A stretch of 64,000 bases of DNA from a virus (Duplodnaviria; Heunggongvirae; Uroviricota; Caudoviricetes): positions 18,536 through 82,535 of the IMG/VR virus record IMGVR_UViG_3300049617_000342. One strand, given 5' to 3'. The position numbers and the translations under genes were made by a program. The notes beneath the pieces are model-generated. The model worked only from the letters and a program-made list of their open reading frames with translations, was not told the origin of the DNA and did not search any database. Shown piece by piece: positions 18,951 through 27,332 of the stretch. How positions within the stretch are numbered: position 1 is the first letter of the stretch; every line of letters begins with the position of its first letter.

Positions 18951-19401
18951 CTGTCACCTTGGCCGCCTCTGCGGCTTCTTTGGTCTTCTTGTCGTTCTCT
19001 GCCTTGACCTCGGCTGCTATCACCTTGGCGAGGTCGCTGCGGGCCATGGTGCTGATCTTGCGGCTCGGGTTGAAGATGTACTTGACTTCGCCCTTGTCGT
19101 TCCTGAACGGCGTGAAGCCGGGGGAGTTGAACTGGCGCCCGGTTGTGGCCAGCATGGACTGGTACTTCCTGATCTTGCCGTTGCGCATCTGCGTGGCGAT
19201 CTGGCCCTCGGATAGGCCCATGGCGAATGGCGGGTACGCGATGAGGTGCTTCTCGAGTTTCTTCTTGAGGTCGGCGTTGGCCGCTGCCTTGTCCTTGAGT
19301 TTGTCCCCGGTGTCCTTTGACTCCCCGATGACCTCCTCGTTGGTGTAGGCGAAGAACTTTCGTGCCTCGTACTTGCCAGTCGTCTTGTTAAGTGTTGCCA
19401 T
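18940..19401 (-). CDS. hypothetical protein (153 aa, Lys-rich)
   Basis: ORF in the track. Confidence 0.4.
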   Translation of the reverse strand: MATLNKTTGKYEARKFFAYTNEEVIGESKDTGDKLKDKAAANADLKKKLEKHLIAYPPFAMGLSEGQIATQMRNGKIRKYQSMLATTGRQFNSPGFTPFRNDKGEVKYIFNPSRKISTMARSDLAKVIAAEVKAENDKKTKEAAEAAKVTDGK

Positions 19402-19419
19402 TCGTACCTCCGGTTAAGC

Positions 19420-20268
19420 TTATGATACTTCTTCCTCTGGGGCCATCTGGGTGGGCTCGGACTCTTCCTCCCCGGTGCCCTCCTCGTCGCTCATGGTGAG
19501 CAGCTCGACCACGGCCTCCTGCCTCTCTTTTTCCAGCGTCAGGAACATCGCCTTGGCCTTCTCGGGGCCCTCGGTCTCGACGACGCCGACCAGCCAGTCG
19601 AGGTCGGTGCGCGACTGGACGTCCACGGGCTGCGCCGCGGCGACGAACAGGTGGTTCTCGCCCTCGCGGTTGATGCCCTCCAGGATCATGTCGAGGCTGA
19701 CTGTGCAGCTGCTGCCGACCTGCTCCTCCTTCATCTCCACCCTGTCCTTGGGGCAGCGCGGGAGCACGACGCCCAGGCCCGACTTGGGCAGCGTCGACTT
19801 CTTGAACTTGTCGGCCCGGCCGCACACTGGGCACCTGAACGCCTTGACGTCGCGCTGGAGTATCGTGTCCGGGTGGAACTTGTGGCGTGTGCGGCGCAGG
19901 TAGTTCTGCAGGCGGCCGAAGACTATGCTCTTCTCGGCCTGGGCCAGCGCGGCCTCTGGGTTCGCCCTCTTCTTGGCGAGCTGGGCCTTCCGCTTCTCTG
20001 GGTCCTTGATGGTGCTGGTCATGGCCAGCTCGGGGTCGAACTTGTTCTTGAGGGCCATGAAGACTTCCTGGCGGCACTGGTTTATGAGGTCCTCGTAGTC
20101 CATGCTGGCCTCGAACAGGGCGAGCGCGGGCAGGAACTTGCGGACCATGTAGTGGCACATCGGCTCGTACTTCTTGATGCGGGCGTCGTCGATGTCTATG
20201 CCGGCCTTGCACTTGTGGCTCTTCACTGTTTGGCCTCCTTGATGATCTGTCTGAGGGCACCCATCCAT
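19420..20268 (-). CDS. putative sigma-factor-like protein with internal C4 zinc ribbon
   Basis: Segment DYEDLINQCRQEVFMALKNKFDPE resembles sigma-70 region 2.1/2.2. CPVCGR…LPRCP is a zinc ribbon. Acidic C-terminus. Confidence 0.35.
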   Translation of the reverse strand: MDGCPQTDHQGGQTVKSHKCKAGIDIDDARIKKYEPMCHYMVRKFLPALALFEASMDYEDLINQCRQEVFMALKNKFDPELAMTSTIKDPEKRKAQLAKKRANPEAALAQAEKSIVFGRLQNYLRRTRHKFHPDTILQRDVKAFRCPVCGRADKFKKSTLPKSGLGVVLPRCPKDRVEMKEEQVGSSCTVSLDMILEGINREGENHLFVAAAQPVDVQSRTDLDWLVGVVETEGPEKAKAMFLTLEKERQEAVVELLTMSDEEGTGEEESEPTQMAPEEEVS

Positions 20269-20295
20269 GCCGTCCTCAGCTGCTTGACGGTTGGC

Positions 20296-20472
20296 TTAGC
20301 CTCCGTGGCTGTCTTTGGCTGCGATTTGGATGAAGCACTGGTCGCAGATGTCCTTGCCTTCTTGGTATTTGTCGCAGGTCGGGCACTGGCCGTCGAGCGG
20401 TACGAGGATGATTTCGCCGGCATCTTTGACTTGCTCTTGCTCTTCATAAAACAGTTCCTTCATTTTTCCCAT
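20296..20472 (-). CDS. small zinc-ribbon protein (58 aa)
   Basis: MGKMKELFYEEQEQVKDAGEIILVPLDGQCPTCDKYQEGKDICDQCF… with CxxC…CxxC and a GAGGGG RBS. Too short for the ORF track. Preferred over the K/S-rich ORF 20223..20447 in another frame. Confidence 0.35.
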   Translation of the reverse strand: MGKMKELFYEEQEQVKDAGEIILVPLDGQCPTCDKYQEGKDICDQCFIQIAAKDSHGG

Positions 20473-20520
20473 ACGTCACCCCTCAGATTCAATTCTAACT
20501 GGTTTTCCGAGTGTACGCAA

Positions 20521-21486
20521 CTAGTTTTTGTCGGGCTCGAAGTAAATCTCCAACCTGTCGGAAGGAGTGGAGATCTCCTGCGCGTCGCGGGCCGCCTGGC
20601 GGACCTCCTCGGGGGTGCACTCGCCGAAGTCCTTGCGGCCCTCGGGCGGGAAGATCCTGAACACCTTCTTGGAGCTTCCGAGCCTGTTCACCAGGTCGTA
20701 GACCTCGTCGCTCGCGTCGGGGTCTATCCCCACGAAGACCTTGGTGGCCGAAGAGTCGAGTATCAGCTTGACCTGGGCCTTGCTTACCTGCTTCCCGAAC
20801 GAGCACACGCCCCCGAGGCCGCCCATGCACAGCTTGAATGCGTCGAACGGCCCCTCGGCTATGGCTATGGTGTCCACCGCGTAGTCGTAGTTCAGGAGGT
20901 ACTTGGACTTGTTCAGGCCGGTCATGGAGAGCAGCCTCAGCTCGTCGCCCTTGGGGTCCACCTTGCGCGCCTGCCACCCGTAGATCTGGCCGCCGCGCTT
21001 CACGGGAAACACCACCGCGTCCATGGAGCCGCTCCACCTGAGGTCGAACTCGATTATGAGCTGGGGGTCCAGGCAGCCGCGGGACGCCATGTAGTCCATT
21101 CCCCTGCCGCTGGTCTCGAGCGGCGGGAAGCCAACGCCCATCGACACCGGCTTCTCCGGCGCCTCGTCCTCGGCCGCCCACTCCTCGCCGAACTGGACGT
21201 CGCCCTCCCACTCGTCGACCTTGCCCTGGGCGCCGCCGCCGAACAGTACCCCGTGGGCCTCCTCTATCAGGCACCCTTCCAGGTCCGCCACGAGCTGCTT
21301 CCAGCCCCACTTGCTGTTGCACCTGAAGCAGATGGCCGCCCCGGACTTCCTCCGGATATAGAGGTGCTTCTCCTTGCCGCACTCTGGGGCAATGCAGTCG
21401 GTGACCCAGCTCTTTGGGTTGCCGTCGCTAAGCTCTATGCCTTTGTTTTCTAGGAATTCCCTTAGGGCCGTGAACTCTGCTTGCAT
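20521..21486 (-). CDS. DNA primase (DnaG-like: zinc-binding + TOPRIM)
   Basis: CHC2-type zinc finger (CIAPECGKEKH…CFRC). TOPRIM motifs IAIAEGPFDA and VFVGIDPDASDE. Start set at the internal ATG (MQAEFTAL) with GAAGAGGG RBS. Confidence 0.75.
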   Translation of the reverse strand: MQAEFTALREFLENKGIELSDGNPKSWVTDCIAPECGKEKHLYIRRKSGAAICFRCNSKWGWKQLVADLEGCLIEEAHGVLFGGGAQGKVDEWEGDVQFGEEWAAEDEAPEKPVSMGVGFPPLETSGRGMDYMASRGCLDPQLIIEFDLRWSGSMDAVVFPVKRGGQIYGWQARKVDPKGDELRLLSMTGLNKSKYLLNYDYAVDTIAIAEGPFDAFKLCMGGLGGVCSFGKQVSKAQVKLILDSSATKVFVGIDPDASDEVYDLVNRLGSSKKVFRIFPPEGRKDFGECTPEEVRQAARDAQEISTPSDRLEIYFEPDKN

Positions 21487-21692
21487 TCGCGCGCCCTCTT
21501 CACGTCGAAGACGAAGCCGCCCCTGGAGCGGACCTTGGCCTCTGCGTTTCTGACGGCGCCGAGCCACGTGCGGGACCAGGCGACGGGGAACCTCTCTCCC
21601 TTGTGGCGGGTGGAGATCCAGCCTATGGCTGCGAACCTGAAGCTGTCGGAGTTGGTTACGTACTTGGTGCTGAAGAACTTAACGCTCTTCAC
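21462..21692 (-). CDS. hypothetical protein (76 aa)
   Basis: ORF in the track. Confidence 0.3.
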   Translation of the reverse strand: MKSVKFFSTKYVTNSDSFRFAAIGWISTRHKGERFPVAWSRTWLGAVRNAEAKVRSRGGFVFDVKRARECKQSSRP

Positions 21693-21969
21693 TCTTGACC
21701 TCGAGCTGGTACGTCGAGTTGGCGGTCTTGAACTGTAGGAACCTGTTCTTGGAGACGACGCCCTGGTACTTCGCCATGTCCATGATCTCCCTCACGAAGG
21801 TCGTGGTGATGGCGCGGCAGTCTAGACCCGGAGTCAGGGACCTCCCGAAGATCTGGAAGCTCTTGCCCACCTCCGGCAGCTCGTCGAACGAGCCGTCCAT
21901 GTGGTCGGTCCTGATGTTGTTGTGGTTCGACTGTAGCCTGGTGATTCTTCCCGAGTATCTCACGCGCAC
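21679..21969 (-). CDS. hypothetical protein (96 aa)
   Basis: ORF in the track. Confidence 0.4.
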   Translation of the reverse strand: MRVRYSGRITRLQSNHNNIRTDHMDGSFDELPEVGKSFQIFGRSLTPGLDCRAITTTFVREIMDMAKYQGVVSKNRFLQFKTANSTYQLEVKSEER

Positions 21970-21973
21970 TATT

Positions 21974-22429
21974 CTACGCGGCGGCGAAGTACTCGAGCCA
22001 CTGCTCCTCGGTCAGGCGGTGGTCGACGAGCCCGCTGAGGCCCTCGGGGTCCATCTTGGGGAAGTAGGCCTCCATCTGCCTCATGGCCCACTCGTAGGCC
22101 ATCTGGTCCGCCATGGCGTGCTGCTTGACGACCTCGCCCAGAACCTCCTTATCGGTGGCCTCCTTCTCTACCTCGCCCCAGGGAGGGAAGACGGCCCAGA
22201 AGCCGGGGTCGTTCCTGAGCCGCAGCAAGCCGGCGTAGAAGACCACGATGCCGGCCGCCCTGGCAGCGAAGCCCTCAGGGACCTCCACCGTCTTCCTTCT
22301 GAGGTCAAGCACGGATGCGAGCTTGTCAAGGTCACGAGTCGCCAGGGCGCGGAAGTCTGGCGCGACAAACTTGAGGATCCTTCTGGCGGTGTTGAATGTG
22401 AGGGTGTGCTCGATGGAGTGGTCCGACAT
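21974..22429 (-). CDS. hypothetical protein (151 aa)
   Basis: ORF in the track. Confidence 0.45.
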   Translation of the reverse strand: MSDHSIEHTLTFNTARRILKFVAPDFRALATRDLDKLASVLDLRRKTVEVPEGFAARAAGIVVFYAGLLRLRNDPGFWAVFPPWGEVEKEATDKEVLGEVVKQHAMADQMAYEWAMRQMEAYFPKMDPEGLSGLVDHRLTEEQWLEYFAAA

Positions 22430-22430
22430 C

Positions 22431-22655
22431 TCAACCCAGCTGCTCCCGAGCCACGATGAGTCCGCGCTCTGGGTCGTAGGGGGAGAAGCCGACGGTCACC
22501 TTGTCGCCAGTGATGACCCTGATCTTGAACTTCCTGAGGCGGCCGGCGAGCTGCGCCTTCACGGTGACGCCGTTGTCCAGCAGGACGGTGAACTGCCCGT
22601 TGCCCTTGCTCTCCACGACGGTGCCGTCCATCTTCAGTAGGTCATCTTTTGCCAT
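22431..22655 (-). CDS. infA: translation initiation factor IF-1
   Basis: 74 aa, colinear with bacterial IF-1 along its whole length. Compare MAKDDLLKMDGTVVESKGNGQFTVLLDNGVTVKAQLAGRLRKFKIRVITGDKVTVGFSPYD with E. coli [61 protein letters not shown]. Confidence 0.85.
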   Translation of the reverse strand: MAKDDLLKMDGTVVESKGNGQFTVLLDNGVTVKAQLAGRLRKFKIRVITGDKVTVGFSPYDPERGLIVAREQLG

Positions 22656-23316
22656 CGGCCCTCTCCATTATCAGTTGTGCCCTGGTCCTGTACTCGGTGT
22701 CGGGGCCGTGCTCCGCGAAGTCTCGGACGTAGCTGATCAGTTCCTTCACTATGGACACCTGCTTCTCGTAGACGCCCGCGGTCACGAGCGCGTCGCCCCG
22801 GGCGGTGTGCAGGTCCTTCTCGTCGAACTCTATCTTGTGATACTGGGCGTAGTGTATCAGCTTGCCCAGCCTGCCGGGGTACATGCCGGCATCTAGTAGG
22901 AGGTTGCCACCGATGCCGCTATCCCTTATCTGGTAGCTGAAGAACTTCTCCCAATGTCTCCTCTTGAGGAGCTGCTCCCATATCTTGTCGAGGTCGCCCT
23001 GGACGCCGTGCCCGAGGACGTAGATCTTGTCCTCGCCGTCCTTGGTGTGCTGCCGTGCCCACTGGACGAGTGCCTGTGCCCCCTCGGAGTAGGTCACCGC
23101 GACCTTGTCGTGCTCCACCAGGTCTATATGGTTGACAGTGAGGCTCTCGGGCGTTATCAGGTACTTGCCGTCGTTGGGTTTGAGCTTGAGGTCGAGCTCG
23201 TCTATTAGCTCCCACTTTCCGCTCTCGTGTATGAGGAACAGCCCGAAGTAGGCGGTCAGTATCGACTCGTCCCAGAACCCGCCGGACTCCAGGTCGATCG
23301 ATATGGCCCTCATCAC
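22642..23316 (-). CDS. DnaQ-like 3'-5' exonuclease (DEDDh)
   Basis: Exo I AISIDLESGG, Exo II LGHGVQGDLDKIW, Exo III HTARGDALVTAGVY. A candidate proofreading partner for the DnaE polymerase. Confidence 0.65.
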   Translation of the reverse strand: MMRAISIDLESGGFWDESILTAYFGLFLIHESGKWELIDELDLKLKPNDGKYLITPESLTVNHIDLVEHDKVAVTYSEGAQALVQWARQHTKDGEDKIYVLGHGVQGDLDKIWEQLLKRRHWEKFFSYQIRDSGIGGNLLLDAGMYPGRLGKLIHYAQYHKIEFDEKDLHTARGDALVTAGVYEKQVSIVKELISYVRDFAEHGPDTEYRTRAQLIMERADGKR

Positions 23317-23690
23317 GCGTTGGCTTTGATTATCGCGGTCCCTTGCTTCTCGAGCTGCTCGGATGTGGGGCCGTTTATGTTCTCGTTGGGGTCCTGGACC
23401 GCGCCGGTGCGCTTAAGCTCCTCGATAACGAACTTGATCCTGTTCTGCATGTGCTTTATGGTGGTGGTCGAGGAGGAGGTGAGGTTCTTGAGGGCGGCTC
23501 GCGCCTCCACGATCTCCTTCTTGGTCTGAAGGTAGATCTGGGTGTCGTGGATGCCCTTCTCCATGTCGAAGATCAGCTTCTTGCGCTCCTCGTCCGTCTG
23601 GAGGTCCCTGACTGTGTCGACGAACGTCTGGCTCACTCCGGGTGGGTAGACGGGTCCGGTCGACTTCCTGCTGCGGAACTTCTTCGCCAT
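23313..23690 (-). CDS. hypothetical protein (125 aa)
   Basis: ORF in the track. Confidence 0.4.
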   Translation of the reverse strand: MAKKFRSRKSTGPVYPPGVSQTFVDTVRDLQTDEERKKLIFDMEKGIHDTQIYLQTKKEIVEARAALKNLTSSSTTTIKHMQNRIKFVIEELKRTGAVQDPNENINGPTSEQLEKQGTAIIKANA

Positions 23691-23730
23691 GTGTGTCTCC
23701 TGTCAAAATGTGTGGGTCTGCATTAGATTT

Positions 23731-24240
23731 CTACCAGTGGTAGCTGAGGCCGGTGCCGAACGTGGGGCCGTTCTGGGAGTCGACCCTGTAGCTGAAGTAG
23801 TGCTGGACCCCGAAGAAGATGGGGCTCCTTATCTCGGACACCTGGAGCGAGTTCGCGGTGACGCCCAGCTTGGTGTGGCCCACGATCGGGGCGTCGAAGG
23901 AGGCCTGGAGTTGCTGGTTCTTGACGACCGTGCCGGCGTAGATGACCGCGGCCATCCACGTTATGCCCATGGCCTCGGCCTTCCTGACGGCCTGGTCTCC
24001 GATCTGCCTCTCGTACTGCTCTAGCTTGTCCGTGACCCCGGTCTGCTTGCCGGCGGCCTCCAGGGCCTTGCCGAAGGCATCCTTCTCGTTGGGGGTGTAG
24101 TCCGACGGTATCTCGGAGGAGGCGAAGTTTCGAAGCTGGTCGAAGGTCTGGGAGGCGTGCAGGGGCAGCGACGCCGCTAGGACTGCGGCGACAAGATAAG
24201 CTTTGAGATCTCGTCTACGTGGACCGGCTTGTAGTCCCAT
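23731..24240 (-). CDS. secreted beta-barrel (OMP-like) protein
   Basis: N-terminal signal peptide (RRR…AYLVAAVLAASLPLHA). Alternating amphipathic beta pattern. C-terminus GLSYHW ends in an aromatic residue, as in OM beta-barrels. The start overlaps the upstream gene by 64 nt. Confidence 0.4.
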   Translation of the reverse strand: MGLQAGPRRRDLKAYLVAAVLAASLPLHASQTFDQLRNFASSEIPSDYTPNEKDAFGKALEAAGKQTGVTDKLEQYERQIGDQAVRKAEAMGITWMAAVIYAGTVVKNQQLQASFDAPIVGHTKLGVTANSLQVSEIRSPIFFGVQHYFSYRVDSQNGPTFGTGLSYHW

Positions 24241-24767
24241 ACATCCACCCCCACGTTAATCATCTTACCCCTTTGCTTCCACTTTTCGTGGACATGGCCG
24301 CACAGCAGCCAGCGGCCATCGTCCTTCAGGCGCCACTTCAGATACCTTTGATCTTGGGAGGGGTCCGGGTCAGCGTACGGCATGTGGCTCAGGTTCACCA
24401 CGGCAACTCCCGGGATGTCCAGCGTCATGTGTTCGTGGACCTCGTCCCACCCATTCTCCAGGTACTTCTGAATCCACTTGGCTCGGTTTTCTGGATGCCT
24501 GGACTTGCGGTTCACGGGATGGCAGAAGTCGTGGTTGCCGCATATCAAGATCTTCTTGCCCATCAAGCGTTTGGTGTATAGCTCGACGCTCCTGAAGGCC
24601 ATCGAGAAGTCTCCAAGGTGGTACACGGTGTCGTCCGGCCCCACGACGTCGTTCCAGTTCTTGACCAGCATCTCGTTCATCTCTTCGACAGACGCGTATG
24701 GGCGACTGCAATACCGGATGACATTGGCGTGCCAAAAGTGATGGTCAGAAGTCAGATAGATCGCCAT
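24177..24767 (-). CDS. calcineurin-like metallophosphoesterase
   Basis: Motifs LTSDHHF, HLGDF, GNHD and CGHVHE. Confidence 0.6.
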   Translation of the reverse strand: MAIYLTSDHHFWHANVIRYCSRPYASVEEMNEMLVKNWNDVVGPDDTVYHLGDFSMAFRSVELYTKRLMGKKILICGNHDFCHPVNRKSRHPENRAKWIQKYLENGWDEVHEHMTLDIPGVAVVNLSHMPYADPDPSQDQRYLKWRLKDDGRWLLCGHVHEKWKQRGKMINVGVDVWDYKPVHVDEISKLILSPQS

Positions 24768-24778
24768 GGTCCGAAGTG

Positions 24779-25069
24779 TTAGCCACCGATCAGGGTGTTG
24801 GGTTTGGGAGCCAACGATGGTGCGTTGGCTATCCTCTTCAGCCCCTTCGCGAGCAGCTGCTCGTCCGATAGGGACTCGATGTCGATGTCGTTTCCGAAAA
24901 CCACGATGCCTATGAGGCCGTGGGGCTTGAGCTGCTCCAGGTACGTCTTGAGGACCACGTTCTTCAGCTCGCCCTTGCGGTCCTTGATGAACAGGACGCG
25001 GTCCTTGACCTCGAGGGTCTTCAGGCTGATGTTCGCGTAGTCGATCTGCTCTACCTTCTCGTCAAGCAT
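24779..25069 (-). CDS. hypothetical protein (96 aa)
   Basis: The internal ATG (MLDEKVEQ) is preferred; the N-terminal part of the track ORF is Arg-rich shadow. Confidence 0.4.
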   Translation of the reverse strand: MLDEKVEQIDYANISLKTLEVKDRVLFIKDRKGELKNVVLKTYLEQLKPHGLIGIVVFGNDIDIESLSDEQLLAKGLKRIANAPSLAPKPNTLIGG

Positions 25070-25320
25070 GCTTGACCTCCTGTTTGGGCGGTGGTGTTCG
25101 TGGCCTCGTTGAACTTCTTCCACGCGTCGTAGACCGCGACCGGCATGAAGTGCTTCGTATCGAAGGTGCTCCACTCGCCGGAGTCGTCGTAGACCAGAAA
25201 ACATGGGTAGCCGCCGGAGCCTTCCCCCAGGACTTCGGCCTCGTAGACCTTGCCCTCTGTCAGGCGCCTGGTCTTTTTGAAGATGCCGCTCTCGTACCCG
25301 TCACTGCAAACCAATGTCAT
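25051..25320 (-). CDS. hypothetical protein (89 aa)
   Basis: ORF in the track. Confidence 0.35.
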   Translation of the reverse strand: MTLVCSDGYESGIFKKTRRLTEGKVYEAEVLGEGSGGYPCFLVYDDSGEWSTFDTKHFMPVAVYDAWKKFNEATNTTAQTGGQACLTRR

Positions 25321-25667
25321 ACCTTAGGTTTACCGTCCACGTCGATCCAGCCTTCCTTCACCGCGTGCTCCTTGCCGTGCTCCTGGATGAGCCGGGGAAG
25401 CTCGTGCTTCCGCCAGTGCTCGCTCGCCCTGTCCCCGACCATCTTCTTGATGCCCTGCACGTTCTTCATGCCGTGGTACTCGTCGCTGGTCTCGACGGCC
25501 CTGGCCTGGGGGGTCGCTGGCTGTCTGGTGGATGGCAGGTTGCATGCGGAGGGAGGGCTCTTGTTCCAGTCGGGCGCTTCGCAGAGGACCTCGTCGTCCG
25601 CGTTCGTGACCGGCCGGAGCTTCTTGTTGTAGTGTCCCGCCGGGCAGACGTACGTGTAGATGGGCAT
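25317..25667 (-). CDS. hypothetical protein with N-terminal CxxxH…C zinc-ribbon-like motif
   Basis: 116 aa ORF beginning YTYVCPAGH…. Confidence 0.4.
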   Translation of the reverse strand: MPIYTYVCPAGHYNKKLRPVTNADDEVLCEAPDWNKSPPSACNLPSTRQPATPQARAVETSDEYHGMKNVQGIKKMVGDRASEHWRKHELPRLIQEHGKEHAVKEGWIDVDGKPKV

Positions 25668-26080
25668 CAGTGTCCCGAGCCGGCCCTCACCGCCTCGGCG
25701 CCGATGTACGCCGCGAGGAGGCCTATGCCTATTCCGATCCAGAGGTCGAACTTGGACTTCTGCTTCTCCTGAGCAAGCTGGCTCTGGTACAGGCTCGAGT
25801 CCGCTATGGCGTTGTCTCCGCGCTTCTGCTGGTACTGGATGTCGAGGTCCTTGAGCGTGAGCTGCTTCCCCTGCTCGTCCACTATCTGGGCGTTGTAGTC
25901 CCCGTCCACGAGCTGCTTCTGGACCGTCTTGTTGTAGTCGAGGCTGAGCCCGACGCGGTCGCAGTCCTTCACGGTGTCGCCGACCTTGAGGTCGACGGCG
26001 TTGGGGCAGTCCGCTGCGGCGCTACTTGCGATTGTTGTAGAAATCAGCAGGGTCGCCAGTACCGACTTTGCTCTCCGCAT
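25667..26080 (-). CDS. secreted/membrane-anchored protein (137 aa)
   Basis: Signal peptide MRRAKSVLATLLISTTIASSAAADC and a C-terminal hydrophobic segment (LWIGIGIGLLAAYIGA). Confidence 0.45.
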   Translation of the reverse strand: MRRAKSVLATLLISTTIASSAAADCPNAVDLKVGDTVKDCDRVGLSLDYNKTVQKQLVDGDYNAQIVDEQGKQLTLKDLDIQYQQKRGDNAIADSSLYQSQLAQEKQKSKFDLWIGIGIGLLAAYIGAEAVRAGSGH

Positions 26081-26300
26081 CCTGCTTCTCCTTCTGGAGC
26101 TGGTCTATCTTGGCCTGCTCCTGCTGTGTCTGCTGCTGGTTCTGGGAGATCTGCCCAGCAAGGGCGTCCTCCTTCTTCTTGTTCCTGTTGAGGAGCCACT
26201 GGTCCACGGCCTGTACGGCCCCGTCCTTGCCAAGCACCAGGAGCCCGACTATGATCAGCGGTATCAGTACCAGTAGGACCAGCTTCTCCAGCAACGTCAT
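26022..26300 (-). CDS. small membrane protein with Q-rich coiled coil (92 aa)
   Basis: MTLLEKLVLLVLIPLIIVGLLVLG… followed by QNQQQTQQEQAKIDQLQKEKQ. It is the C-terminal part of track ORF 26022..26765; the remainder is GC shadow. Confidence 0.35.
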   Translation of the reverse strand: MTLLEKLVLLVLIPLIIVGLLVLGKDGAVQAVDQWLLNRNKKKEDALAGQISQNQQQTQQEQAKIDQLQKEKQDAESKVGTGDPADFYNNRK

Positions 26301-26329
26301 GGTGGAGAAGAGGGCCTTGCCTGCCTCTA

Positions 26330-27319
26330 CTAGTCCTCGTCCCGTGCCTGCTGGCAGAACTCCACCACCGCCTTGCGGGCTGCTGGCGGGATTTTGTTGG
26401 ACATTACTCCCAGGAGGCTGCACGCCTCCTTGGCCTTCTTGAACAGATCCGCCTGCTTGTCCGGTTCCTGTGGGTTGGTCCATGGCCTGCTTTTCCCCTC
26501 CGCTATCTTGCGGGGCAATTCCTTCTGTATGAAGTTCCTGACTGCCTCGTACGTCACTATGAACGCGTAGCTGAGTTCCCTGCTGTCCGACGCGAAGGCC
26601 ACGCCAGCTATGTCCCCCTTGTCGTCCAGGACGGCGCTGCCGCTGGAGCCCGGGAGTATGGTCGCAGAGACAACCTGTGACTCGTAGTCCTTGAATATGG
26701 GTATACCGCCCAGGAACGCGCACAGGAAGGCCTTGTTCTCGTCGGCTAGGTCGGCCTCGGTGCACTCCTTGATTCCCGTCATGATCTGGATGATCTTCTT
26801 GCCCGAGAAGTGCCCCCTCGTTATGATTGTGGGGAACAGCGCGGGGTGCCCGACTATGGTCACCGGCTCGAACTCCCTTGGCCTGTGTGACGCGAGCCTG
26901 GCCTTGTCGCCGTACTCGTAGGCCACCGTGAGGGCGCAGAGGTCGTGCTCGTCAGAGAGGTAGTAGCCCGTCACGTTGTGCTCGGAGCCGTCGGGCCCGC
27001 TCACCTTGCCGCCCTTCTTTAGGACGTGCTCGCAGACGTGGCTGTTGGTCAGGATGAGGCTCTCGGACTCGTCGGTCTGTATGACGCTGCCGCTGCCGCC
27101 GGAGTTGCCCTCCTGGTTGGTGATCATCACCGCGAAGCTCTGGGGCGCCGGCCTCTTGTTCAGCTCGTCTATCAGGTGTAGGGCGTCCATGTGCTTCTTC
27201 CCTGCGATCCCACCGAAGGCCAGACTGGCGATCAGGAGAATGGCGGGGGCCTTGTCCACCGCGGCGTCCTTGGCCGCTGCGGCCCTGAACAGAATCTTGG
27301 CTATCAACGAAGCGATCAC
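26330..27319 (-). CDS. trypsin-like serine protease with N-terminal membrane anchor
   Basis: N-terminal hydrophobic segment. His motif LTNSHV, Asp region, Ser motif PGSSGSAV (GDSGG-like). Confidence 0.6.
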   Translation of the reverse strand: MIASLIAKILFRAAAAKDAAVDKAPAILLIASLAFGGIAGKKHMDALHLIDELNKRPAPQSFAVMITNQEGNSGGSGSVIQTDESESLILTNSHVCEHVLKKGGKVSGPDGSEHNVTGYYLSDEHDLCALTVAYEYGDKARLASHRPREFEPVTIVGHPALFPTIITRGHFSGKKIIQIMTGIKECTEADLADENKAFLCAFLGGIPIFKDYESQVVSATILPGSSGSAVLDDKGDIAGVAFASDSRELSYAFIVTYEAVRNFIQKELPRKIAEGKSRPWTNPQEPDKQADLFKKAKEACSLLGVMSNKIPPAARKAVVEFCQQARDED

Positions 27320-27332
27320 AAATTCTCCTTTG

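Noticed and set aside
20223-20447. 74-aa K/S/T/A-rich ORF
   Set aside because: Low-complexity. The same region in another frame encodes a clean 58-aa CxxC…CxxC protein with a GAGGGG RBS.
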